Position numbers and translations under genes: made by a program
Shown: in pieces, positions 35,886 to 47,269 of the stretch
Numbering within the stretch: the first letter of the stretch is position 1
How the letters are laid out: each line of letters begins with the position of its first letter
Notes under the pieces: model-generated
Seen by the model: the letters and a program-made list of their open reading frames with translations, nothing else
Database searches by the model: none
Told to the model about the DNA's origin: nothing
Source: Sphyrna mokarran
Taxonomy: Eukaryota
Direction: 5' to 3'
DNA length: 64,000 nucleotides
Assembly: GCA_024679065.1 (NCBI GenBank)
Contig: JAGIQG010000014.1
Span: 11,036,001-11,100,000 of the forward strand

Positions 35886-36357
35886 GAGTGTTCTCTTCCT
35901 GTTGGGGAACACTTCAGTGGTCACGGGAATTCGGCCTCTGATCTTTGGATAAGCATTCTCCAAGGCGGATTTCACGACAGTGCAGAGCAGAGACTAATAG
36001 CTAAGTTCCCTACGGCCTCAACCGGGATCTTGGGTTTATGTCACACTATCTGTAACCCCCACAACTTGTCTGGGTTTGCAAAATCTCACTAACTGTCCTG
36101 TCTAGAGACAATACACATCTGCCTAACCTGTACTTAATCTTTTCTTCATTCACAATGTTTGTACCATTAAGACTTGATTACCTGTAAAGACTCGCATTCC
36201 AACCATTATTTTGTAAATTGAGTTTGTGTCTTTCTATGCCCTGTTTGTGAACAGAGCTCCCGCTCACCTGATGAAGGGGCAGAGCTCCGAGAGCTGGTGG
36301 GTTTTGCTGCCAACTAAACCTGTTGCACTTTAACCTGGTGCTGTGAGACTTCTCACT
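35885..36357 (+). mobile_element. Penelope-like 3' fragment (GIY-YIG C-terminus plus terminal repeat with degenerate hammerhead at 36263-36300)
   Basis: CSLPVGEHFSGHG...LQGG...EQRLIAKF...GLNRDLGFMSHYL*, then cacCTGATGAaggggcagagctccGAGAgctggtg. Confidence 0.82.
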
Positions 36358-36889
36358 GCATGTGACTCCAAAACCACAGCAGTGTTGGCTGACTCTCCAC
36401 TGCTCTCAGCCACAAACAAAATCAAAGTTAAAAAACAATTGGCACGGGGCCCTGTTTGCAAACTTGCTGATCCAGTGAATCACATCGCGTGTGGAGCTTT
36501 TCTACTTCCTCCGGGAAGCGATGTTTTTTGCATCTTGTTTCGGCTCCCCAGTCCGTCACCAAGCTCCCCACTCCCCCCACCGAAACCATCCAAAATGATT
36601 CTGGATGCCTAACCAGTCCAATTATGGTTAGCCTTCTGGCAAAATTCCCCACGGCGGCACCGGCTGTTTTCCCCCGCTGTCTGCTGTTCTGTTTTTGATT
36701 AAACGTCCATCTCAGACACACCCTGTGGTTATGGCTTCAACACACTCCTTGCTTTTTCAAAAGAGATAGCGCTTTCTCCGTAATTCCCCACTTGTGGAAT
36801 CTCCCTCGCTGACTCTTTCTCATACTGACAGCCCTTTCCCGTAGCAACTAAGAGCAGGAATAGACCGTTTGGCCTTTTGATCAGCATGA

Positions 36890-37545
36890 TCTAGTGAACT
36901 GTACGCAATACTCCAAGTGCGGCTGCACCAGAGTTTTGTACAGTTGTAACATAACCTCACGGCTCCTAAATTCAATCCCTCTACCAATAAAAGCTAACAC
37001 ACCATACGCCTTCTTAACAACTTTATCAACCTGGGTGCCAACTTTCAAAGAGCTATGTACTTGTACCCCAAGATCCCTCTGCTCGACAACGCTGTTAAGG
37101 GTCCTTCCATTAGCCCTATATTTCATATGCCTGTTATTCCTACCAAAGTGAATCACCTCACACTTATCCGTATTGAATTCCATTTGCCACCTCACGGCCC
37201 AGCTCTGCAACCTATCTACGTTCCTCTGCAAACTGTAACATCCATCCTCACTGTCTACAACTCCCCCCACTTTTGTATCGTCAGCAAATTTACTAATCCA
37301 ACCCTCTACGCCCTCATCTAGGTCATTTATAAAAATGACAAACAGCAGTGGCCCTAAAACAGATCCTTGAGGTACACCACTTGTAACTGCACTCCAGGTT
37401 GAATATTTCCCATCAACCACCACCCTCTGTCTTCTATCAGCTAGCCAATTCCTAATCCAAACTGCTAAATCATCTTCAATCCCATGCATCTGCACTTTCT
37501 GCAGTAGCCTACCATGGGGAACCTTATCAAACGCTTTGCTAAAAT
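36890..37545 (-). mobile_element. CR1-like RT fragment
   Basis: ORF 36881-37582 with [27 protein letters not shown]. Confidence 0.93.
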
Positions 37546-37756
37546 AAACTTGGTAACTCCACAACTGCAGGAGGCAGGGCATTCCACGCCCTTACTACCC
37601 TCTGAGTAAAGAATACTGACCCGGTTAAACTAATCTCTCCTCTTGGGATAGTGCCACCGATCCCAGTATCAGCCTATAGAATCTCCGCTGCACTCCCTCA
37701 ATGACAAGTGAATCCTTTTTCGGTAGGGACTCAAACTGCACAGAATATTCCAGTTG

Positions 37757-38008
37757 CTGTGGGAGTTTGCGCATTCTCCCCGTACTTGCGTGGGTTTTCG
37801 CCGGGCGCTCCGGTTTCCTCCCACATCCCAAAGGTGTGCTCTTAGGCTAAGTGGCAAAACAAATTCTCCCTAAATTGTCTCAAATTTGGTTTTTAATCCA
37901 CAGATCTATAAACATGGATAGGGATCGCGGATAGAGGTGGGAACATCGGGGTGGCGGCGCGGGCTCGTTGGGCCGAAGGGCCTGTTTCCCGTGCTGTTTT
38001 GTTCTTTG
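37757..38008 (+). mobile_element. Short copy of the chimeric LINE/SINE 3' end (copy 3), inserted in an old minus-strand CR1
   Basis: Reverse complement of ~40590-40850. TTGCTG occurs on both sides. Confidence 0.8.
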
Positions 38009-38157
38009 CTGTCTCACCAAGGCCCTGTGGAACTGCAGCAAGGCATCCCAATTCCGAACTCTAATCCTCTTGCGATGAAGGCCAAGCCGGCGTTTGTTTT
38101 CCGAATTGCTTGCTGCACCACTTTCATGGAGTGGTTTACAGGGACACCCGGATCCCA

Positions 38158-38442
38158 GTGGTGAACGCCGCTGCCTCACAGCACCAGGGACCCGGGTTCA
38201 ATTCTGGCCTCGGGTCAGTGTGGAGTTTGCACATTCTCCCCACGTCTGCGTGGGTTTCCTCCGATTTCCCCAAAGACGTGGGGGTTAGGTTGATTGGCCG
38301 TGCTAAATATTAACCCGAGTTTTACGGGACTAGCAGGGTAAATATGTGGGGTCATGGGAACACAGTCCCTCAATGAGTAGGATTGTGGTAGGTGTAGATT
38401 TGATGGGTCGAATGGCCTCCTTCTGCAATGTACGATTCTACG
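38158..38442 (+). mobile_element. tRNA-derived V-SINE (HE1-like)
   Basis: gtggtgaacgccgctgcctcacagcaccagggacccgggttcaattc head, V-domain gtggagtttgcacattctcccc, tail gggtcgaatggcctccttctg. Confidence 0.85.
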
Positions 38443-38529
38443 ATCGATGCTTCCCATTTAAATGATACTCTTCCTTTCTGATTTTCCACTTCCGAAGCAG
38501 GTAAGTTCAAATGTAGCCATGTTGTACTG

Positions 38530-38612
38530 AGTAAGAAGTCTCACCAGGTTAAAGTCCAACAGGTTTATCTGGAATCACGAGCTTTCGGAGCACTGCTGCT
38601 TTGTCGGGTGAG
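38530..38612 (-). mobile_element. Short Penelope-like terminus with decayed hammerhead core
   Basis: agtaagaagtctcaccaggttaaagtccaacaggtttat...cacgagctttcggagcactgctgctttgtcgggtga. Confidence 0.7.
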
Positions 38613-38654
38613 GGGAGAGGTAGCTTCCATAGATATGTTAAGATCTGCTTTCTT

Positions 38655-40478
38655 TCATAGATATGCTTTCTTTCGATATGTTAAGAATAGAAGATTGGTT
38701 AGGGCAAGATTAGGGCCAGTCATAGACAGCAGTGGGAAGTTGTGCGTGGAGCCTGAAGAGATTGGTGAGGCACTGAATAAATATTTCTCTTCGGTATTCA
38801 CGCAGAGTGCTGGAAATGTAGCTATGGAGAACACTGAGGTACAGGGTTGCAAATTGGGAAGTATTGTAGTAGATAGGGAGGATGTGTTAGAAATTCTCGA
38901 GGGTTTGAAGTTGGATAAGTCCCCTGGGCCGGACGGGATTTACCCTAGGATTCTCTGGGAGGCAAGAGAGGAGATTGCAGAGCCTCTGGCTCTGATCTTC
39001 AGGTCCTCGTTGGTTACGGGTGTGGTTCCGGAGGACTGGAGGATAGCGAATGTGGTCCCATTGTTTAAGAAGGGGAAGAGAGACCTTCCAGGGAATTATA
39101 GGCCAGTGAGTCTTACTTCTGTTGTGGGCAAGGTATTGGAGAGAATTATTAGGGATAGGATTTATAGTTATTTAGAGAGAAATGAATTGATTGGGGATAG
39201 TCAGCATGGTTTCGTGAAGGGTAGGTCATGCCTTACTAACCTCATTGAGTTTTTTGAGAAAGTGACCAAAGAGGTGGATGGGGGTAAGGCGGTTGATGTA
39301 GTATATATGGACTTTAGTAAGGCGTTTGATAAGGTGGCCCATGGAAGACTTCTACAGAAAATGCAGATGTGTGGAATAGAGGGTGATTTAGCTAATTGGA
39401 TTAGGAATTGGCTGGCAGATAGAAGACAGAGGTGGTGGTTGATGGGAGATATTCATCGTGGAGTTCGGTGACAAGTGGTGTGCCTCAGGGGTCTGTTTTG
39501 GGGCCCCTGCTGTTTGTAATTTTTATAAATGATCTGGATGAGGGTATTGAGGGATGGATCAGTAAATTTGCAGATGACACTAAAGTTGGTGGAGTGGTAG
39601 ATAGTGAAGAGGGGTGTTTTAGTTTACAGAGTGACTTGGACAAGTTGCAGAGCTGGGCCGAGAGGTGGCAAATGGAGTTTAATGTGGAAAAGTGTGAGGT
39701 AATGCACTTTGGCAGGAACAATAAATGTGTAGAGTATAGGGCTAATGGTAGGGCTCTTAATAGTGTTGAGGAACAGAAGGATCTTGGTGTATGTGTCATA
39801 GATCCCTGAAAGTAGGCAGTCAAGTGGATAAAGTTGTTAAGAAGGCATATGGAGTCTTAGCTTTTATTGGTAGGGGGATTGAATTTAGGAGCCGCAGCAT
39901 CATGTTGCAACTGTACAAAAATCTAGTGCGGCCGCACTTGGAGTATTGTGTGCAGTTCTGGTCGCCACATTATAAGAAAGATGTGGAGGCATTGGAGAGG
40001 GTACAGAGGAGGTTTACCAGGATGTTGCCTGGTATGGAGGGCAGGTCCTATGAAGAGAGGTTGAAGGATTTGAGTTTGTTTTCGTTAGAAAGGAGGCGGC
40101 TAAGAGGGGATCTTATTGAAGCATATAAGATGATTAGAGGTTTAGATCGGGTGGACAGTGATAGCCTTTTTCCTAGGATGGAGAAAGCTAGCACGAGGGG
40201 ACACAACTTTAAATTAAGGGGTATGAGTTATAGGACGGATATCAGAGGTAGGTTCTTTACTCAAAGAGTGATTAGGGAGTGGAATGCCCTGCCTGCAGCT
40301 GTTGTAGATGCGCCAAGTTTGGTGGCGTTTAAGAGGTTAATTGATAAGTATATTGAAGAGAAGGGAATGGTTTAGTTTGGAGGGGCATTGCTTTTTATTT
40401 TGGTCGGCACAACATCGAAGGCCGAAGGGCCTGTTCTGTGCTGTATTGTTCTATGTTCTATGTTCTATGTTCTATATG
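38655..40478 (+). mobile_element. Longest CR1-like LINE copy (~1.8 kb, entire RT domain, two frameshifts)
   Basis: Overlapping ORFs 38608-39471, 39432-39809 and 39791-40375, plus (ttctatg)n tail. Confidence 0.95.
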
Positions 40479-40586
40479 TAGACACAGACTCAATTGGTTG
40501 GAATGCGAGTCTTTTCGACGTGTGCGTGATCTCCTCGGATCTTCATTGTACTGAATGAGCCACTTGTTTGCCCACTCACTCAACTT

Positions 40587-41394
40587 AGAACAAGGAACAA
40601 AGAACAAAACAGCACGGGAAACAGGCCCTTCGGCCCAACGAGCCCACGCCGCCACCCTGATGTTCCCACCTCTACCCGCGATCCCTGTCCATGTTTATAG
40701 ATCTATGGATTAAAAACCAAATTTGAGACAATTTAGGGAGAATTTGTTTTGTCAATTAGCCTAAGAGCACATCTTTGGGATGTGGGAGGAAACCGGAGCA
40801 CCCGGAGAAAACCCACGCAAGCACGGGGAGAATGCGCAAACTCCCACAGACACAGGCCCAAATCCATGTATCTGCACAGCACAGCGATAGTCACTGAGCT
40901 GTCGTGTTGCCCATCAAATGGTCCACGTCAAGCGTACACTAACGACGTGAAGCACTAGGATACTCTCGAAAAAAATCCAAGAGCAGCCCTCTCACGACCC
41001 ATCGCGTGTATGCCCCTCGTTAGACAACAAGGTGGACCAAAGCACCTGTAGGATAAAAACAAGTACATCAATATCATCATCTATTTACACACTTCCCAGG
41101 GACTCCCAAGGCTCATGATCCCTATTTTAAATCAGTTTTCTATACCCCTCCATTCCCATTCTGTCCATGTGCCCATCTAAGTATTTCTTAAATAACTCCA
41201 GAGTACCTGCCTCCACCACTTTACTTGGCAGCGCATTCCATACCCCCACCACCCTCTGTGTGAAAAAACTCCCTCCAGCATCCAAATTATACGTTACCCC
41301 CCTCACCCTAAGCCCGTGACTCCTCGTGCTATTCGAGTCCATCCTAGGAAAAAGCTTAACCCTGTTTACTCTATCTATACCCCTCATAATCTTG
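40587..41394 (-). mobile_element. Chimeric CR1-like LINE 3' end with SINE-derived 3' UTR (copy 2)
   Basis: ORF 41127-41387 (FFTQRVVGVWNALP...GYRKLI*) followed on the minus strand by ~540 bp of UTR with a V-domain at ~40775-40850 and a (ttctttg)n tail. Confidence 0.87.
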
Positions 41395-41689
41395 TCCAGT
41401 CATTATGGAACCTGATTGAATCCTCGCCCATCTCACAATTCCACTCTTCTGCCCTCTTTCCCTACATTCCCCCCCTTCCTTCCCTGCATCCCCACTTCAC
41501 CACCGAGGCAAAACGTGGGAGGATGGGAAGAGAGCAAGCGCGGAGAGTAAGGGTTGTGTTTCCAAATGTTCCCTCAGGGGCACAATCACAAAAAGACTTC
41601 ACTTCCCCAGGACCCGTTGTTCATTTTTCTCTCAGCCCCGATGGATCATTTCAATCCATACTTTCGCAATTTTGAACGCCGGTTTTGCA

Positions 41690-42550
41690 GGACGATACTG
41701 GTCAGATGGGCGGCAAATGGAATTTCACCCTGAAAAGTGTGAGGTGATGCATTTCAGGAAGATTATCAAGGCACGGGAATACACCAGGAATGGTAGGTAG
41801 CTGCTCTGAAGTACAGGGGATCATAGGCCTGGAGGAGACAGGTCAGGTAGATAAAGTGGTTAGGAAGGCATGTGGGATACTGGCTTTTATTAATCAAGGT
41901 ACAGAGTGTAAGAGCAGAGAGGTTCTGATGGAGCTGTATAAGACCACAGCTGGAGTACTCTGTGCAGTTCTGGTCACCGCATTGTAGGGAAGATGTGATT
42001 GTAATGGAGAGGGAGCAGAGGAGATTCACCAGGATATTGCCTGGGCTGGAGGGTTCCAGCGATGGAGAGATGCTGGATAAGATGGGATTGTTTTCCTCGG
42101 AGTGGAGAAGGATAAGGGGAGACTTGATTGAGGTTTGTAAGATTACGGGGGATATAGATAAGAATAAAACCTTAGTAGACAAGCCAATGACCAGAGAGAG
42201 GGACTCTTAATGTAAGGTCAGGAGATTTAGAGAGGATTTGAGGAAATATTTTTTCACTTAGAGAGTGGTGGGAATCTGGAACTTGAAAGACTGATGGATA
42301 TAGGAATCTTCACAGCGTTTAAGAACATTGTCCGCTGTTTCAGAGCTGGAATTAGTCCTGTTTGCACACACAGATCCAATTAGCATATTTGGACTCAGCA
42401 GAGATAAACAAGTTAAACTCAAGGAGAGATGGGCTGACATCTATAATATGTGCTTTCCCAAGAGGAAATTGGGTCCATGTTTGAGGGAAATGTGCGCAGG
42501 GATCTGGATTGTCTTTTCAAAGATGCTGCCAGGGCCACATGATGGGCTGA
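41690..42550 (+). mobile_element. Old CR1-like fragments
   Basis: VVRKACGILAFINQG, QFWSPHCREDV and a degenerate LINE tail near 42500-42550. Confidence 0.75.
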
Positions 42551-42554
42551 GTGA

Positions 42555-44670
42555 GTCATAGAGGTTTACAGGATGGAAACAGGCCTTTCAGCCCAACTTG
42601 TCCATGCCGCTCAGTTTTTACCATTGAGCTAGTCCCAATTTGGCCCATATCCCTCTATATCCATCTTACCCATGCAACTAAAAGCTTTTTAAAAGACAAA
42701 ATTGGACCCACCTCTACTACTACCTTTGGCAGCTTGTTCCAGACACTCACCACCCTCTGTGTGAAAACACTGCCCTTTCTAAACCCTTTTTGTCTCCCCT
42801 CTCATCTTAAACCTACCCCCTCTAGTTTTTAGACTCCTCTACCTTTGCGAAACAATGTTGACTATCTACTTTATCTATTCCCCTCATTGTTTTATAGACC
42901 TCTATAAGATCATCCCTAAACCTCTTATGCTTCAGGGAAAAGAGTCCCAGTTTATCCAGCTTCTCCTTATAACTCAAACCATCCCGGTAGCATCCTAGTA
43001 AATCTTTTCTGCACTCTTTCTAGTTTAATAATATCCTTTCTATAATAGGGTGACTAGAATTGCACACAATATTCCAAGTGTGGCCTTACCAATGCCTTGT
43101 ACAACTTCAACAAGATGTCCCAACTCCTGTATTCAATGTTCCGACCAATGAAGCCAAGCATGCCGAATACTTGTTCACCACTCTATCCACCTGTGACTTC
43201 AAGGAGCTACGAACTTGTACCCACAGATCACTGTATTCTATAACTCTCCCCAACACCCTACCATTCACTGAATAGGTTCTGACCCGATTCAGTTTATCAA
43301 ATTCCATTACCTCGCATTTATCTAAACTAAACTCCATCTGCCCTTTGTCAGCCCATTTGCCCAATTGATCAAGATCCTGTTGCAATCCTAGATAACCTTC
43401 TTCATTGTCCACTATGCCACCAATCTTGGTGTCATCACAAACTTACTAACCATGCCTCTGAAATTCCTATCTGAATCATTAACATAAATGATAATTAACA
43501 GTAGACCGATCCCTGAGGTCACAGGCCTCCAGTCTGATAAACAAAGTTTTACAACCACTCTTAATCTTCTATCAACAAGCCAATTTTGTCTCCAATTGGC
43601 TACCTCACCCTGGATTCCATGAGATTTAACCTTATGCAACAATCCGCCGTGCTGTATCTTACCAAAAGCCTTGCTGAAGTCCATGTAGACAACGTCAACT
43701 GCACTGCCCTCATCTACCTTCTTGGTTACCTCTTCAAAAGACTCAATTAAACTCATGAGACATGAATTTCCATCACAAAGCCACGCTGACTGTCCCAAAT
43801 CAATCATTGTCTCTCTAAACGCTTGTGGATCCTGTCTCTCACAATACCCCCTAACAACTTACCCACCACAGATGTGAGGTTCACTGGCCTGTAGTTGGAA
43901 CATAGAACACTACAGCACAAACAGGCCCTTCGGCCCACAAGTTGTGCTGATCATATCTAAACCTACCAGGGCCATAGAACTATCTGTAACTCCCAATCCC
44001 ATTAAATCCCATGTACTCATCCAGAAGTCTTTTAGGAGACCCCAGCGAGTTCGCCTCTACCGCTACCAACCAATTCCATTCGCTCACCACCCTCTGAGTG
44101 AAAAACTTAGTTCCCAGGCTTTTCCCTGCAGCCCTTTTTAAACAAAGGCACAACATTTGCCGCCCTCCAATCTTCACCCGTGGCTGTCGATGATTCAAAT
44201 ATCTCTGCTAGGGAACTCACAATTTCCTCCGTCGCCTCCCACAATGTCCTGGGATACACTTCATCAGGTCCCAGGGATTTATCTACCTTGATGTGCTTTA
44301 AGACTTCCAGCACCTCCTTCTTGGTAATATGTACACTCGTAATCTCATGTCCCCTTTTTGCCTTCCTCTTAACTCTACTTTGACAAATTCTGTACAGTTC
44401 AAGAGATCTACTTGATCCCACCTGCATGTCATCTGCGTCCTTCCTTTTGACCAGAGCTTCAATATCCTGAGTCATCCAGGGTTCCCTACGTCTACCAGCT
44501 TTGACCTTCACTCTTAGAGGGATGTGCTTACCCTGAGCCCTGGTTAATACACTTTTGAAAGGCTCCCACTTAGCAGACACCCCTTGCCTGTCAACACACT
44601 CCCCCAATCATCTTGTAAAATTTCCTGCCTGATACTATTAAAAATTAACCTTACTCCAATTTAGAATTTT
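42555..44670 (-). mobile_element. Decayed CR1-like LINE with a younger CR1 3' end nested at 43897-44107
   Basis: Minus ORFs 44107-44607, 43412-43807 and 43107-43412. TAGTT is duplicated at 43892-43896 and 44108-44112. Confidence 0.87.
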
Positions 44671-45249
44671 AGAATGGCCCCCTCTTCCTCTGCTGCGGTG
44701 TCCTCTAAGGATAAAAATAATTATATTTTTCACCAATCATTCCTTGTCCTCCCTGCGCATCTGTCTCTGCACCATCGCTCCATGCTTCTGTCGTGCCTCT
44801 CTCCCTATCTCCGTCTCTCCCACTCACTTTCTGTCTCTGGTTCTTTCCCCCTCTCTTTCCCCCTCGTCTATCTCTCTCCTGTTCTGGCCCCTCTCTCTCC
44901 CTATCTCCGTCTCTCCCATTTCTTTCGTTCTCTGCCTCTTTCTGCCCCTCTCTCTCTCTCTCCCTTTGTTGAACGTAACTCCCGTGATTTCAGTCCCTTG
45001 GCTCTGAGAGACACTGAGAATGTGATCATGAGAAACACAATTTCCTCACCAGACTGGATGCTACACGGTGCCAAACCAAGAGTTGGACTTAACCTTGACT
45101 AACCCTGATGTAAGTTTACGAGGCGTGGAAATGAAAGGCTGGAATTGATTTAATTACCAACAATTAAAAGTGTCATTCAAGCGCTTCAGTAAGCAAAGAG
45201 ACATATGGTAATCAGTGACTCACAAATAAACATGTTTTCTATTAATATT

Positions 45250-46580
45250 CAGTTAACCCTTCCTCTCACCCAAACCACTGACACACACCGGGCAGTCTGT
45301 TCCCCTATCGGAGGGGGATAAACCCTCTCACCCACCTCTCCCCATTCACACACACACCGGGCAGTCTGTTCCCCTATCAGAGGGGGATTAACCCTCTCAC
45401 CCACCTCTCCCCATTGACACACACACCGGGCAGTCTGTTCCCCTATCGGAGGGGGATTAACCCTCTCATCCACCTCTCCCCATTCACACACACACCGGGC
45501 AGTCTGTTCCCCTATCGGAGGGGGGATTAACCCTCTCACCCACCTCTCCCCATTCACACACACGGCACACACACACACCGGGCAGTCTGTTCCCCTATCG
45601 AGGGGATTACCCTTCACCCACTCCCCATTCACACACACCGGGCAGTCTGTTCCCCTATCGGAGGGGGATTAACCCTCTCACCCACCTCTCCCCATTCACA
45701 CACACCGGGCAGTCTGTTCCCCTATCGGAGGGGGATTAACCCTCTCACCCACCTCTCCCCATTACACACACACCGGGCAGTCTGTTCCCCTATCGGAGGG
45801 GGATTAACCCTCTCACCCACCTCTCCCCATTCACACACACACCGGGCAGTCTGTTCCCCTATCGGAGGGGGATTAACCCTCTCACCCACCTCTCCCCATT
45901 CACACACACACCGGGCAGTCTGTTCCCCTATCGGAGGGGGATTAACCCTCTCACCCACCTCTCCCCATTCACACACACACCGGGCAGCCTGTTCCCCTAT
46001 CGGAGGGGGGATTAACCCTCTCACCCACCTCTCCCCATTCACACACACACCGGGCAGTCTGTTCCCCTATCGGAGAGGGATTAACCTTCTCACCCACCTC
46101 TCCCCATTCACACACACACCGGGCAGTCTGTTCCCCTATCGGAGGGGGGATTAACCCTCTCACCCACCTCTCCCCATTGACACACACACCGGACAGTCTG
46201 TTCCCCTATTGGAGGGGGATTAACCCTCTCACCCATCTCTCCCCATTCACACACACCGGGCAGTCTGTTCCTCTATCGGAGGGGGATTAACCCTCTCACC
46301 CACCTCTCCCCATCTTCACACACACACCGGGCAGTCTGTTCACCTATCGGAGGGGGGATTAACTCTCTCACCCACCTCTCCCCATCTTCCACACACACCG
46401 GGCAGCCTGTTCCCCTATCGGAGGGGGATTAACCCTCTCACCCACCTCTCCCCATTCACACACACACCGGGCAGCCTGTTCCCCTATCGGAGGGGGGATT
46501 AACCCTCTCACCCACCTCTCCCCATTCACACACACACCGGGCAGCCTGTTCCCCTATCGGAGGCACATTAACCCTCTCTC
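45250..46580 (-). repeat. ~69-bp minisatellite, inverted copy of the 16075-17410 family, ~19 copies
   Basis: accgggcagt recurs at 45841 and 45910. Confidence 0.96.
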
Positions 46581-46699
46581 TTTTACTAGTATGTATGATC
46601 CAAGTGATAGAGAAATACTCCTTTAATAGTGATTAAGTTGGGTATGGTGGAAGAGCCCTTTAATAGTGATTTCAGTACGTGTGAGCTTGGGTGTGAAGA

Positions 46700-47245
46700 A
46701 GACCACGAGCACCTCTATTTTCTCAGAAGACGAAGGAAATTTGACATGTCCGCTACAACTCTCATCAACTTTTACAGAGGCACCATAAAAGGTTTTCTTT
46801 CTGGTTTTGCACAGCTTGGTAAGGCTCCTGCTGTGCCCCAAATCAGAAAAAATTACAAAAGATTGCGAATGTAGCCCAATGCATCATGCAAACCAGCCCC
46901 CCATCCATTGACTCTGTCTACAAAGCAGTCAGCATAATTCAGAACCCCATGCATCCTGAACATTCTCGCTTCCACCTTCTTCCAAGATAAAGATACAAAA
47001 GTCTGAGATCATCTATAGCTGACTCAAGAACAGCATTGTCCCTGCTGCTATCAGACTTTTGAAAGGACATACCTGGCATCAAGCTGAACTTCCTTTACAC
47101 ATCAACTTTGACTGAAGTACTAAATTCTGCACTCTCTCATTTCCTTCTCTACGAACAGTAAATTTAGTCTGAGTAGCGCGCAAGAAACAATACATTTCAT
47201 TGCATGTTAACACATGTGACAATAATAAGTCAAATCGAATCAAAT
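46700..47245 (+). mobile_element. Rex1/Babar-like LINE 3' fragment inserted in the edge of the large satellite
   Basis: HLYFLRRRRKFDMSATTLINFYRGTIKGFLSG resembles the RLYFLRRL...FYRCTIESIL motif of this clade. Tail gtgacaataataagtcaaatcgaatcaaa. Degenerate satellite monomers lie on both sides. Confidence 0.8.
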
Positions 47246-47269
47246 TAACACTGTGTTCATTACTGAGTC

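Noticed and set aside
38608-40375. Active, autonomous LINE
   Set aside because: 5'-truncated (no ORF1 or endonuclease) with two frameshifts.
42374-42550. 177-bp open AG/GT segment resembling an exon
   Set aside because: Its 3' half resembles a decayed LINE tail (ttttcaaaga...gatgggctga) and it directly follows an old CR1 fragment. No protein similarity recognised.
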